From the human T2T-CHM13v2.0 reference genome, Homo sapiens: a DNA stretch of 64,000 nt. The notes under the pieces are model-generated. The model saw nothing but the letters and a program-made list of their open reading frames with translations, made no database searches and was not told the origin of the DNA. Below, in pieces: positions 40,946 to 53,199 of the stretch. The stretch lies in assembly GCF_009914755.1 (NCBI RefSeq), contig NC_060939.1, one strand, 5' to 3'. Made by a program: the position numbers and the translations under genes. Each line of letters starts with the position of its first letter. Position 1 is the first letter of the stretch.

Positions 40946-41639
40946 TTGTCTTGAAATGACTACCCATGCATGCAAATAGGAAAAAGACTGTATCAGCCAT
41001 GGAAACAGTCCATGAGGCATCATGCACCAGAATTCCTGAGGTGTCTGCTACCACAAACAGTGAAAGAAGGGCCAACTCAGCTCATAATCTCTATGAAACA
41101 CCTGAAAAGTGAATGGGATGGAATCCCAGCCGAAATTCACAAAAATCTTTAAATTGGGTGAGGACCACTGGCAGATCAAGAAAAGAAAACACACAGACAA
41201 AAACGCACACAAAGAAAACAAAGCAATAATAGGAATTTCTAAATTTAAAGAGAAACACAGAGCAAACAGAAGGGAGGAGGAAGAGGAGAAAAACAAGAAG
41301 AAATTTTCTGAACTGAAGAAATATTGGAACCTGTGAGTTGAAAGAAAGAATACACCAAATACTAAGAGTTTGGATGGGGTGCCCATTGTCCTCCTGAATC
41401 ACAAAGAAAACAAAATAATCATGTAATGAGAAATGAAACTATGAGTTGGTTCATAGGGCTGATTTGAGAACCTGACTTAAATCTTAGACCACAAGAGTTT
41501 CCTAGTAGTTTAATCCTGAGTCAGACAGACATACCCACCCAAGTCACTAGCAAGGCTGTGCAACTGCAGCTCTCCAACACAGGGTCTGGTAGCTGACCAC
41601 AGAGGTCAGAGGACAACAGATATGCATCTTCTGTGCAGG

Positions 41640-43370
41640 TAGACTGAACTAAAAAGACAGAGATAAATATTCAGAAGTGACTGACCAACATCTTCTAAAC
41701 TCACAAAATAGAAAAATAGATAAGTAACTCCTTCCAAGGAGCTGGCTAGAGAATGGAAAAGGAGCCTCCAAGGGGACCAAGAGTGTCAATGAAACCTCCT
41801 CATAGAACCATGAGGCAAAGGGGTAGAGTTTACTCTCCCCATACATACACATATAAGACAAAATACATGTAAAAGATCTATATATCTTGGATACATTCTC
41901 GGAATTTTAATAATAAGAAAAAAAATCACACATTTGTTCAAGCAGAAAACAAATTTTAAAAACACATGATCTCTAAAAGAAAAAGAAAAATCCAGTTGTT
42001 CTGTTTTTAATCTCCAGGACAAAATTAATTCTCCAGGATAAAATGGTGCAACCTCTATAACTTGAGGAAGAAGTATGGCACTAACCCAAGTAGCCACAGA
42101 TATGCATTGCCAGGCATGTGGTAAGAACAACAGGAATATATTGCCAAGAAAGCAGGGCTCAGAAAACTTACCACCCACATTATATTCCCTAAAAATTATT
42201 TAAGGCCATTCTCAAGCTGATGGAGAGATAAATCTAATAACTTAAAAGCCACTAGCCATTATATTATGTTTATTTATTTATATTTATTTACATTGTATTA
42301 TATATTTCATTATATTATGAAGGAGCATTGGTAATAATAAAGTATTTGAACAACTGCTTAATTTTTGAAAATATGTTCATAAAATGTAATGCAAGTGTCA
42401 TAATAAACATTGAACGAGGTAATACGTACTCTAAAAGTGAATAACCTGATTTTTGTAATTCGGGATTATGTTATGATAAACAAGAAATTTTAATATAAAG
42501 AGGTAAAAAACAGCTGGAGAAAGTACAAGCATACAAAATTTCTCATTTTCTTGGAATCAGTAGAAATTGCTTTATTTTTGCCTTAATAGTTATAAATATG
42601 TTTTCAATATCTTAAAGAATAGTTTAATATATCTTTCTTCTAAATTCCAAAGGACTAAAAAGATTTTTTAAAATTAAACCACCCTAATACTAAAGAAAGG
42701 AAGAAAAAAAGGTATTGAGTTATGGATTGAAAAAGAACTCAAAGCTTCAATTTTGAGCTATAAAAAAGTTAATAAAAATTAAAAAGCAATATATATAAAT
42801 CAGATACAAAAATACTCACCATATGCATTTGTTTTTAATAGAAAAAATAATAATAATATAGGTAACTGAAAAGCTAAAGATAAGATAAATAACTCTTAAA
42901 CAGAAAAAACAATTTTAAAAGAATAATATGTAAAATAAACATGAGCTGGTTCTTTCAAAACATATAAAATGGAAAAATATTTGATAAACCTACCCAAACA
43001 TAAAAGGGGACCAGAAAAATCAGGAATTAATTTAAAATAGATTAGTATGTGCAATATCATAGCTCTCTTTAAAAAAAAGAGATGATCAATTTTCTGGGAA
43101 AATATAAATTACCAATATTGATTTATAAAAGAAGTAGTTAAAATTTTCATAATAAAGTTAGCAAATTACCAAGTCATTTTATTCAAATAGGCTTTTTAAA
43201 CTTTTAAAGAATAAATGATTATTATATCATATAAATAATTCTAAAAACTAGAAGTAGAGAAAATCATTCGCAATTCACTTTTATATAGTTAACATAATGA
43301 AACCTTGGTAAAGATTGTATATTTTCTAAAGAGACTGGGAGCTAAACTTAAGCTTACTCCTGAATATATA
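41640..43370 (+). mobile_element. Highly diverged L1M ORF1/ORF2 fragments
   Basis: A-rich; ORF2-like 'agctggttctttcaaaa..ttgataaacctaccc', 'ttctgggaaaatataaattaccaa'. Confidence 0.6.
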
Positions 43371-43399
43371 TATACATGTATACATGTGTGTGTTTATAT

Positions 43400-43800
43400 A
43401 TATTCCCTTCTCTGAGCTCTTTATTCTATTCTATCAGTTTATTTATCTTAAATTAAGCGGATACAATACTCATAGAATACATTTGCAAGAAATTTCAGCT
43501 AGAGCTTTGAAAGAGCTTCCAATGAATTTACAGATTATTGGTGTAAATAATGGTATCTTTACATGTCAAGTTTTCCCATCCAAAAGCATGGACTATCTTT
43601 ATATTTTCTGAGCTATGTATGTTCTTCAATATGGTTTTCATCATTCTCCACAGAAGTCTTAGGACTGCTTTGTTTCAATATAAAATACTTTATAGCTTTC
43701 CTTGCTGTCTTATTTTGTTGCTTATGTTTTGTTAAATTTCTTGGTTGCTTGTTACTATTGGCTTCTATTAATAATTGTCATAAGTGAGTCTTATATCTGA
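43400..43800 (-). mobile_element. L1M ORF2 fragment
   Basis: 'ttccaatgaatttacagattattgg..tttcccatccaaaagcatgg'. Confidence 0.6.
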
Positions 43801-44429
43801 GACTAGTCTTCCCATCAGCTATATTGGATAAATTTTTTAAAAATGGGAAGCAACTGTAAAGAACTCAAAACAGTATAATTCTAAATCTGTGGCTAGACAA
43901 ATAATATTGGCATATGAGAATGAAATAAAGACATTTACCAGCCACAGACTGACAAATATTCTGAAGTAGTATTAAAAGATGGAATTCAGCAAGAAGAAGA
44001 ATGGAGTTGGGGGAAAACAACAATAATGACTAAAAACTTTAAAATAATTATTAAGTCTACATAAATAAGCATATAAAGTTTATTAATCTGGAAATCAAAT
44101 TTCAGATGATCTCAACAAAAGAAATAGGGGTTGAGGGGACAGATAAAATTAAAAGCATGCTTCTTTCTTGACTTATACAGGGGGACAACATAGATAATGC
44201 ATAATTATGACAGGAAAAAAATAAGCTGAAATGTGTTTACTTAAAAATCTAGGAGGCCCTTTTCTCCTTTTCCCTCCTTTGGAGAGGCTGAGCAGTGCAC
44301 CAGCTGCATTGGTATATTTGGCATGGCTGGGGCTAAGGAGGCAAATTGCAAATTGAGGATATTGTTTTTATATAGGGAGACTGAGTAAATAAATAAACAC
44401 AATGAGGACAGTGGGAACAACATTTCTCT

Positions 44430-45710
44430 TGCAAGAGATGGGAGTTACAAATATGAAAAGGGAACCGTCTAAAATAAACCTTGTAGTATTGGTTTGGTAT
44501 TGACGATATTACTGTGAACACGAAGTTTCTAATATAGAAATAAATATAGAAGTACATGTGGAAACATATATTTCTAAGCTCTGTCCTTGAAGCAATGACA
44601 CTTCAGTAACAAACACACTGAGCACCCAAATCTTGGTTTCTACATACCTCTCCTCATTAAAAAATTTAAAAAACCAGAAATCCTTGGAAAAATAGCTGTG
44701 CCAGAAAATAAACAACTGCTCAAAGAATGAAGAGAACACAAGAACAAAGGGCCAAATCTTGGATAATCTGAATATCAAGATAAATAATGATACTAAGGAA
44801 TTATAATCCATTTAATAAAATAAGAATCTATTACTCTATATTAATATTTTTTAAAAATGAATACTAAATGGACAAAACCAGAAAGCTTTATCTTGTAGCA
44901 AAACACCTAGTAATAAATCTGTAAAGAAAGATGGCATTAGACAATCCCCTTTTGCATCCTACTATTAATTATTTCAGGCAAATGTCAGCAATGGATGCTA
45001 AAATTAGTGAAGAAAATTTTGATGAGAAACAAGATTTTTTTAAGTGTTTCTGAAAAATACTTATTGAATATTAAACAACTATAAAATGTGTTTTAATTAA
45101 ATTTACAATGGAGAAACCTAGAAGAGACCATTTTAATAGTGTCAAAAGTGAATATCACATATATCAGCATTGTGTGCCTCTTATATGTTGTAGACATCAC
45201 TATAACCAAAGCATAGCCTAATTCTAATCACGAAGAAACAATAGACCAATGCTAATTGAGAGACATTATACCAAGAAACTGACCATACTCTTTAAAAATA
45301 TCAAGGTCATGATACACAAGAAAAGATTAAAGGACAGTTCTATACAGAAAGAGACTATAGAGACATGATAACTAAATGCAATTCATGATATTTGATTGGA
45401 TACTAGAATGAGAAAAAATAGTTATAGATGGCTTTATTGTGACAGTCAACAAAATTTGAATGTTGATATTGTATCAATGTTGATTTCCTAATATTGATGG
45501 TAACAATGTGTTATGCGGGAGAGTGTGGTTTTAAGAAGTACACGCTGACATGTAAAGGGACAATGGAGCACTTACGTGTGTGTGTGTGTGTGTGTGTGTT
45601 TCTGTAATGCATAGGAAAAAAGTTTGGACAGATAAACAGAAGTTTAATAACTGGGTAGAAATTGGAATTGAAGATGGCGATTACCTTTACTAATTTAATT
45701 TTATACAAAA
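44430..45710 (+). mobile_element. L1MC4/5-like 3'UTR
   Basis: 'agcaatgacacttcagtaacaa..gagcacccaaatcttggtttcta', 'tttacaatggagaaaccta', 'gagacatgataactaaatgcaa'. Confidence 0.8.
45576..45598. repeat. (GT)n microsatellite
   Basis: Direct reading. Confidence 0.95.
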
Positions 45711-47252
45711 AGGAGGTGTTCAGATATTAAATGTGTCATTAAAAACTAGTTTAAAAAATATGTGAGAGCTATTTTCTTTGTTGTTAATGGAGTTTTTATC
45801 TGAGCATTTTTATTTTCCTGTTTTGTTTTACTCATCCCTCTTTTTTACATTTCTTATAATAAAATGTATCGTGTTAATAACTAAAAAAGAAATATAGATA
45901 CTATTTTTAAACAGATATTGCATTATCAAAAGGAGATATCAAAAGGAGACCTGACTCTAAGGCCTGAATTTTATGAGATTACATAACCTATACTCATTCC
46001 ACCAAAAATTTAGACACAATACAAGGTATACTTTTTTTCGAAAAAATTCACTTCCAGGCCTCCAAAGCGTAACTAATAAATGGTTAGTGGTCTGAAAATC
46101 TACACTCCAGCTGTCACATTTTCCTGAAGGTCTGTGTATGTTCTTGCTAAGGATTCATGAGTTGTTCCAGGGAGCATTTAAAAATTAGAAGAAGCTATGG
46201 CTTTACAATCCTGAGAGCACTATAGGCTAGACATTCACTGAGAAGTCAGCATGCATTTATAGAAATTCAGGTTTTAATAGACAAAGCCCCAATGTCACTA
46301 AGGACGATAATATTTATCATCTCCTCAGCGTAGTGTCCGGAGTATAAATGGAATAGAGAAGCCAGTCCGACCCTGTCAATTAATAGAGAGGATAAGATCA
46401 GAGTCAGACATACTGACACCCAGCAGCCAGTAAGGAATAATGTCACTAATAGATATACCCAGGTATAACTTTCACTATTATGGCAAAATAATAATTAACA
46501 GATTAAGATCAAAGTTAAAGTCTCCAAATTTTTATTAGTTTCAGTGGACACTTATGTTAGATATACTTTTTTAAAAGAATATTTGAGTCATTTAAAAATT
46601 GTGACAATAACTCTTACTGAATCTAATAAGGAAATTATGTCCATGCTGTAGCAAACATAAAAAATATTAATCCTATACTAGAAATGTCAATGGAACATTT
46701 CAAAACATTGAAGGAAACTTTAAAATGCTTCAAAATAAGAAATTTCCTTTACAAAATTCAACCTCTAAAGTATTTGGTGGTTAAAGAAAACCCAAGTCCT
46801 ACTTCAAGAAAAGAGTAGAGAGGGGACAGATTGATGCTATTATTGATGCTATACTAGAAAATGCTATTATTTTGTCTTTGTTGTTTTATATATTTATTTT
46901 AGTACTATGGTAGAGGTGATACGTAAGTGCAATACACAAATGCGGAGAGAAGCAGTTCTCCTCCCAATAAGTTTGGTGTTTTTAATCTAGTAAAAATCAG
47001 AAGCAGAATCACCAGCTGAAGTGGTACAATCTGTGAAGTTGCCACAGATAGCTACTTTGTTCAGTGAGTTTTCTTTAAGAAAAACCAAGGACAATGATGG
47101 AACTTGAGAGAGTAACTCCTGGTAATATTCTACTGGACAGTGCAACATGTTGAATTACCAGTGTCCATCAAAATCTTGTCTAGTAATGAAGATTGTTTTT
47201 GAAATAATTTTCTTCTGTCAGCATTACAGTTAGTGAGTCAAATGTATTTAAA

Positions 47253-47551
47253 GGCCAGGCATGGTGGCTCATGCCTGTAATCCCAGCACTTTGGGAGGCC
47301 AAGGTGGGCGGATCATGAGGTGAGGAGATTGAGACCATCCTGGCTAACAGGGTGAAACCCCACCTCCACTAAAAATACAAAAAATTAGCAGGGTGTGGTG
47401 GCATGCACTGTAGTCCCAGCTACTCAGGAGGCTGAAGAAGGAGAATCACTTGAACCCAGAGGGCAGAGGTTGCAGTGAGCCAAGATCTCACCACTGCACT
47501 CCACTCCAGCCTGGGCGACAGAGAGAGACTCCAACTCAAAACAAAAAAAAA
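47253..47551 (+). mobile_element. AluSc/Sc8-like
   Basis: gatcatgagg..accatcctggctaac with an S-type right arm (cacttgaaccc, gaggttgcag); degenerate TSD ending tatttaaa. Confidence 0.9.
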
Positions 47552-48659
47552 TTATTTAAAATCTGGAATGATAAACTATTGATAAAACCACAGTTAAGGT
47601 ATGGTCTTTGTTGTAAAGAAAAATCAATGCTTAACAGAAGCCAAAAATTAATCTGTACTTCTACAGTTGCTAGTAGTTTTTGAGGCAGGCATTCAAATCA
47701 CTTTCCACCAGAATGTATGTGAGAAAAAAACAAACACCTCATACCAATACCCTAATCAAACCCTAAGAGAGAAACTATTGTTAACATATGTAGGAAATGT
47801 ACCCTAAAGATAGAATAGACAAAATAGGGAAACTCCACTCAAGGTGAAAAAAGACAATGTAGGAAGGCCTTCTTCATCCCTAGCTTCAGCTCAGATAATC
47901 CATAACATCCAGAAGTCTTCTTCCTCTAGAGTATCTATGTGGCTTTTATGATAGGCAAAGTAAATTTTCACATGCTGACTCCCAGTCCCAGTCTCAGGAA
48001 AGCATGGAGAAGGAAGGTAATAATTCTTGAGTAATTGAATTAATTAATCTTTCTATTTTAATTTGCACTTAGAAATTCATAGATGATTTAAAAGATCTGG
48101 TTTTGGCACAATCTTTTTGTGAGATTTAGCCCTAACTAAAAGAGTTTTAGAGCTACAGGATAGGGGAAGAGAGGACACGGAGTATTAGAGAAATAGAAAT
48201 GGACATCAGGGTATGTCTTCCTGCATTGGTCCAAGAAGCTACCCTAGAGAAACAACTGATAGACACTGACTGGATCACGGGAATTGTGCTCTGAACTGTT
48301 GAATCAGCATGCTCTCCTGCTCTACCTCAAAAAAAGATGAGCTAAGTTTAACCCAAAGTCAAGCTCTTTTCTGAATATAATCTAGTATAGAAACTAGAAC
48401 AAACTTGAAAACAAGGCATCTAGCATATTCAATAGCATGCAGAAGACCATTACATGGGAACAGAAAGCCAGGAGGAAATAACAAAATGAGACAAAAGAAA
48501 ATAGGATAGGATGCAAAAACTATAAACTAGATGACAAGGAAATAAATTGCAACAATAAAATCATATGTTCTAGTGGATGTAAAAGGGGGATTGGATCAAG
48601 ATGGTGAATTCTGCTCACATGACTCTCTTTCCTTTATACAGATGCCATGAAACAATGCA

Positions 48660-48711
48660 TACACACACAAACACTCACACACACACACACAAACACATAC
48701 AGACACACACA
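48660..48711. repeat. Imperfect (CA)n
   Basis: Direct reading. Confidence 0.9.
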
Positions 48712-48958
48712 TTAAAAAAAATAATTCATAACAGTGCAGGAAAGGAAATCCATGTAAGACAGAAGCAGACAGTATTATATTTATGAAAATTTAAAACTGA
48801 AGAAAATTATAGCACTAAAAATGTTCAGGAATAAGCCATTATGGAGTAAGGATTGCTTGAGAGGAGGGTGCTTCGAAATCAACAGTCAGTGGAGACAAGA
48901 ACTCCTGCTACATTCAGAGAAGAGAGTTGCATTTAGAGAAGCTAAACAAATAGATACC

Positions 48959-51307
48959 AATATGGTTAGGCTTCATGTCTCCACCCAAATCACATTTTGA
49001 ATTATAATCCCCATAATTCCCATAATCCCCACATGTCAAAGGAGAGACAAGGTGGAGGTAATTGGATCATGGAGGCTGTTTCCTCCATGCTGTTCTCATG
49101 ATAGTCAGTTCTCACAAGATCTGATGGTTTTATAAGGGGCTCTCCCCACCTCGCTCAGCACTTCTCCTTCCTTCTGCCTTGCGAAGAAGGTGTCTTGCTT
49201 CCCCTTCACCTTCTGCCATGATTAGAAGTTTCCTGAGGCCTCTCCAGCCATGCTGAACTGTGAATCAATTAAACCTTTTTACTTATTGAATTACCCAGTC
49301 TTAGGCAGTTCTTTATGGCACTATGAAAACTGACTAATACAGTAAATTGATACCACAGAGAGCAGGGTGCTGCTATAAAGATACCCAAAAATATGGAAGT
49401 GACTTTGGAACTGGGTAACAGGCAGAGGTTGGAACAGTTTGGAGGGCTCAGAAGAAGAAAGGAAGATGTGGGAAAGTTTGGAACTTCCTAGAGACTTGTT
49501 GAATGGCTTTGACCAAAATGCTGATAGCGATATGGACAATGAATTCACGCTCCAGTGGTCTCAGATGGAGATGACGAACTTTTTGGGAACTGGAATAAAG
49601 TTCTTGCTATGCTTTAGCAAAAGACGGGTAGCATCAGCATTTTGCCCCTGTCCTAGAGATCCATGGAACCTCAGACTTGACAGAGATTAATTCAGACATC
49701 TGGCAGAAGAAATTTCTAAGCAGCAAAGCATTCAAGATGTGACTTGGGGGCTCTTAAAAGCATTGAGTTTCATGTATTCACAAAGGGATGGTTTGGAATT
49801 GGAACTTATGTTCAAAAGGGAACCAGAGCATAAAAGTTTGGAAAATTTGCAGGCTGACAATGTGATAGAAAAGAAAAACCCATTTCTGAGGAGAAATTCA
49901 AGCTGGCTGCAGAAATTTGCATAAGTAACAAGGATTCAAATATTAATTGTCAAGACAATGGGGAACATGTCTCCAGGATATGTCAGAAGTCTTTACAGCA
50001 GTCCCTCCCATTGCAGGCCTAGAAGCCTAGGGGAGAAAGTGGTATCATAAGCCAGGTTCAGGACCTTGCTGCTTTGTGCAATCTTGGGACTTGGTGCTCT
50101 ACGTCCCAACAGTGGCTAGAAGGAGCCAATATAGAGCTCAGGCCATTGCTTCAGAGGGTGCAAGCCTCAAGCATTGGTGGTTTACACATTGTGTTGGGCT
50201 GTGGGTTCGCAGAGGTCAAGATCTGAGGTTTGGAAACTGCTGCCTAGATTTCAGAGGATATATGAAAATACCTGGATGTCCAGCAGAAGTTTGCTGCAGG
50301 GCAGGGCCCTCACACAGGACCTCTGCTAGGGCAGTGCAGAAGGGAAATGTGGGGTCAGATCCCCCACACAGAGTCCTCAATGGAGCACTGCCTAGTAGAG
50401 TTGTGAGAAGAGGGCCACCATCCTTCAGGCCCCAGAATGCTAGATCTATTAACAGCATGTACCATGTGCCTGGAAAAGCCACAGGCACTCAATGCCAGCC
50501 TGTGAAAGCAGCCAGGAGGGAGGCTCTACTCTGCAAACCACAGGGTGGAGGTGCCCAAGGCCATGGGAGCCCACCTCTTGCATCAGCATGACCTGGATGT
50601 GAGACATGGAGTCAAAGGTGATCATTTTGGAGCTTTGCCCCACTGGATTTCTGACTTGCATGGTGCCTATAGCCTGTTTGTTTGGGCCAATTTCTCCTAT
50701 TTGGAATGGGTGTATTTAACCAATGCCTGTACCCCCATTGTATCTAGGAAGTAACTAACTTGCTTTTAATTTTACAGGCTCATAGGTGGAAGGGACTTAC
50801 CTTGTCTCAGAGGAGACTTTGGACCTGGACTTTTGGGGTAATGCTGGAATAAATTAAGACTTTGGAAGGCTGTTGGGAAGACATGATTGGTTTTGAAATG
50901 TGAAAGGGACATGAGATGAGATTTGGGAGGGGCCAGGGACAGAATGATATTGTTAGGCTCTGTTTCCCCACCCAAATCTCATCTTGAATCCCCATAATCC
51001 CCACATGTCTAGGCAGAAGCAGAGGTAATTATATCATGGGGCAGTTTCCCCCATGCTGTTCTCATGATAGTGAGTCCTCATGAAATCTGATGGTTTTATA
51101 AGGGGCTCTTCCCCCTTTGCTCAGCACTTCTCCTTCCTGCTGCCTTGTGAAGAAGGTGCCTTGCTTCCCCTTCACCTTCCATCATGATTGTGAGTTTCCT
51201 GAGGCCTCCCCAGCCATGCTGAACTGTAAGTCAATTAAACCTCTTTATTTTATGAATTACCCAGTCTCAGGCAGTTCTTTATAGCAGTGTGAAAATGGAC
51301 TAATACA
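48959..51307 (+). mobile_element. Full-length THE1D/MSTA-type MaLR (LTR 48959-49341, internal 49342-50944, LTR 50945-51307)
   Basis: Two homologous LTRs ending gactaataca; polypurine tract gggaggggccagggacagaa 50925-50944; 5-bp TSD ATACC at 48954-48958 and 51308-51312; internal LELGNRQRLEQFG/WESLELPRDLLNGFDQNADSD MaLR ORF remnants. Confidence 0.95.
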
Positions 51308-51599
51308 ATACCTAACTCTACCCCAAATCACCTTCCAAAAACACCCTGTATTTACACTTTTATGTATAAAATATAACAGAGACTGGTGACACTACAGTCA
51401 GAGAGGCAGACCAGTAATCCAGATAGCCAAGTGTTCCACGAGAGATGAGGAATACCTGTGTACTGTTAGTAAACTCTTGGACCACTGCATAGAATGGGCA
51501 CTATCATTCGTTCACTCAGTCATCTGACACAAGCTGCTATAAGCATAACAGGCCAATTAACAGGGATTCTCATATTCAAAGATGATCAGAAAAATTTTT

Positions 51600-53100
51600 G
51601 AATGACAAATATTCAATATTCCTAACTATTTGAGAAAAATTAACACCATGAATGAGAAAAGAAGGATGTCAAAGCAAAATGAAATAAAAAATAAACTAAG
51701 ATAAGTAACATTTAAAAACCCTCAAAAAGACAATAGGGCAAACAATGTCCATTGGGCATAACCATCTTTAATAATCTTAGAAAAATTCAAGACTATATTC
51801 ACAAATAATAAAAATTAACCAACAGATAATTTTAAAACAAGATTTTATTACAAAAAATCTTAAACATATTCAACTAAAGAAAGTATAATATAATCAACGC
51901 CCCTACATGTACCTCTCACATACCTTCAATAATTAGCATCTCATAGCTTATTATATTTTATCATTACCCCCACTTACCCTTCCACTTCCACCCTGGGCTA
52001 TTTTAATTAAATCCCAGATATGATGCCACTTAACCCATAAATATTTGGGGACAATTTTTATTAATTAAAATTTTAATTAGCAAAATAAAAAAGTATAGTC
52101 GGGCTTAATTATTAAGTAGACATAGCCAAAGATAAATCTAGTGAACTGAGTGATAGAACTAAGAAATTCTCCAGAAATGGAGTGTAACAAGATAAAGAGA
52201 CCATGGAATTATATTTAAAAAAGACTGAGACAAGGATTTATATAAAAGTAATTTATTAAGGACCACCTCCCCATGAAAAAGAAAACTTGTATGCAAGAAA
52301 GAAAACAGAAAAGAAAAAGTCAAGCAAAATTGTGATTTCAAATGATGTCTAGCCTCAATCTATTTTATGGAGCATTCTGAAAGGCAAATTTCCCTAGAGA
52401 GTTTGTCTCACCTTGAGGCAAAGGATCTGGGCTTTTATATCCCTACCTTGATTAGTCATTGACTACCGGTCATCTCCCAAGCAAAGCATCTCCAAGTGCC
52501 CAAGGAAAGCTCTCCAAAGAGAGTCAGAGGTGTAAACTTTTGGCAGTAATGCAGACAGCATTTGGAGAATATTCTCAAAAGTGATAATTGGGAACTGAGT
52601 GGAGCATCAACAGCACCAGCTACTGATGGAAAATATAATTAAAAAGTACGTGACATGGAGAATAGATACAGAACTTTCAGTATCTTCCCATAGAAATCAC
52701 AGAAAGATAGAAGAATATAGTAGAAAATAAACAAGGAAATTATAAAAGATAGTTTCCCAAATAAAAATTATAAAAGATAATTTTTTAAAAGGTAAAATTA
52801 TTCATGTTGAAAAAAATTCACCAATTGCCAAACAAAAGTAATGTGAAAATATGCATAATTGGAAATTACTTTTCCAAAACCTTACAATAGCATAGAAAGA
52901 AAATTCTAAACATTTCCAGGGGAAATTAGTCTAGCCACTATGGTGAAGATAAGTTTTACAATTGATGCTCAGACTATGACACCAACAAGGAAAGTCATCC
53001 AAAGCTTTGAATGAGCAGAATCAATTATAGATTTACTAGTATGTATCCTAGTGAGTTAGATGTGCCTTGATGAGTTAAATAATGCTCAAGCTATACACCA
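51600..53100 (+). mobile_element. Old L1M ORF1 fragments (continue at 62070-62830)
   Basis: 'catagccaaagataaatctagtgaactgagtgatagaactaagaaattctccagaa', 'gtgacatggagaatagatacaga'. Confidence 0.6.
52205..52624 (-). mobile_element. LTR33-like ERVL solo LTR
   Basis: 'gactgagacaaggattt..aagtaatttatt', 'gaggcaaaggatctgggcttttatatccct..agtcattgact', end 'gagcatcaacagcaccagctac'. Confidence 0.7.
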
Positions 53101-53199
53101 TTTATGTCTCATACAGAAGGAAAATGTGTATAGGATGGCAACTACCAGATATTTGGTTGGTTCCACAGACTTTCATATTTAATACTCACTTCTTGCAGA

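Noticed and set aside
41048-41402. Overlapping ORFs with an acidic/basic stretch
   Set aside because: Purine-rich low-complexity sequence, probably old L1-derived; no splice or domain support
50076-50591. Longest ORF (171 aa)
   Set aside because: Lies in the THE1 internal region; ordinary MaLR remnant
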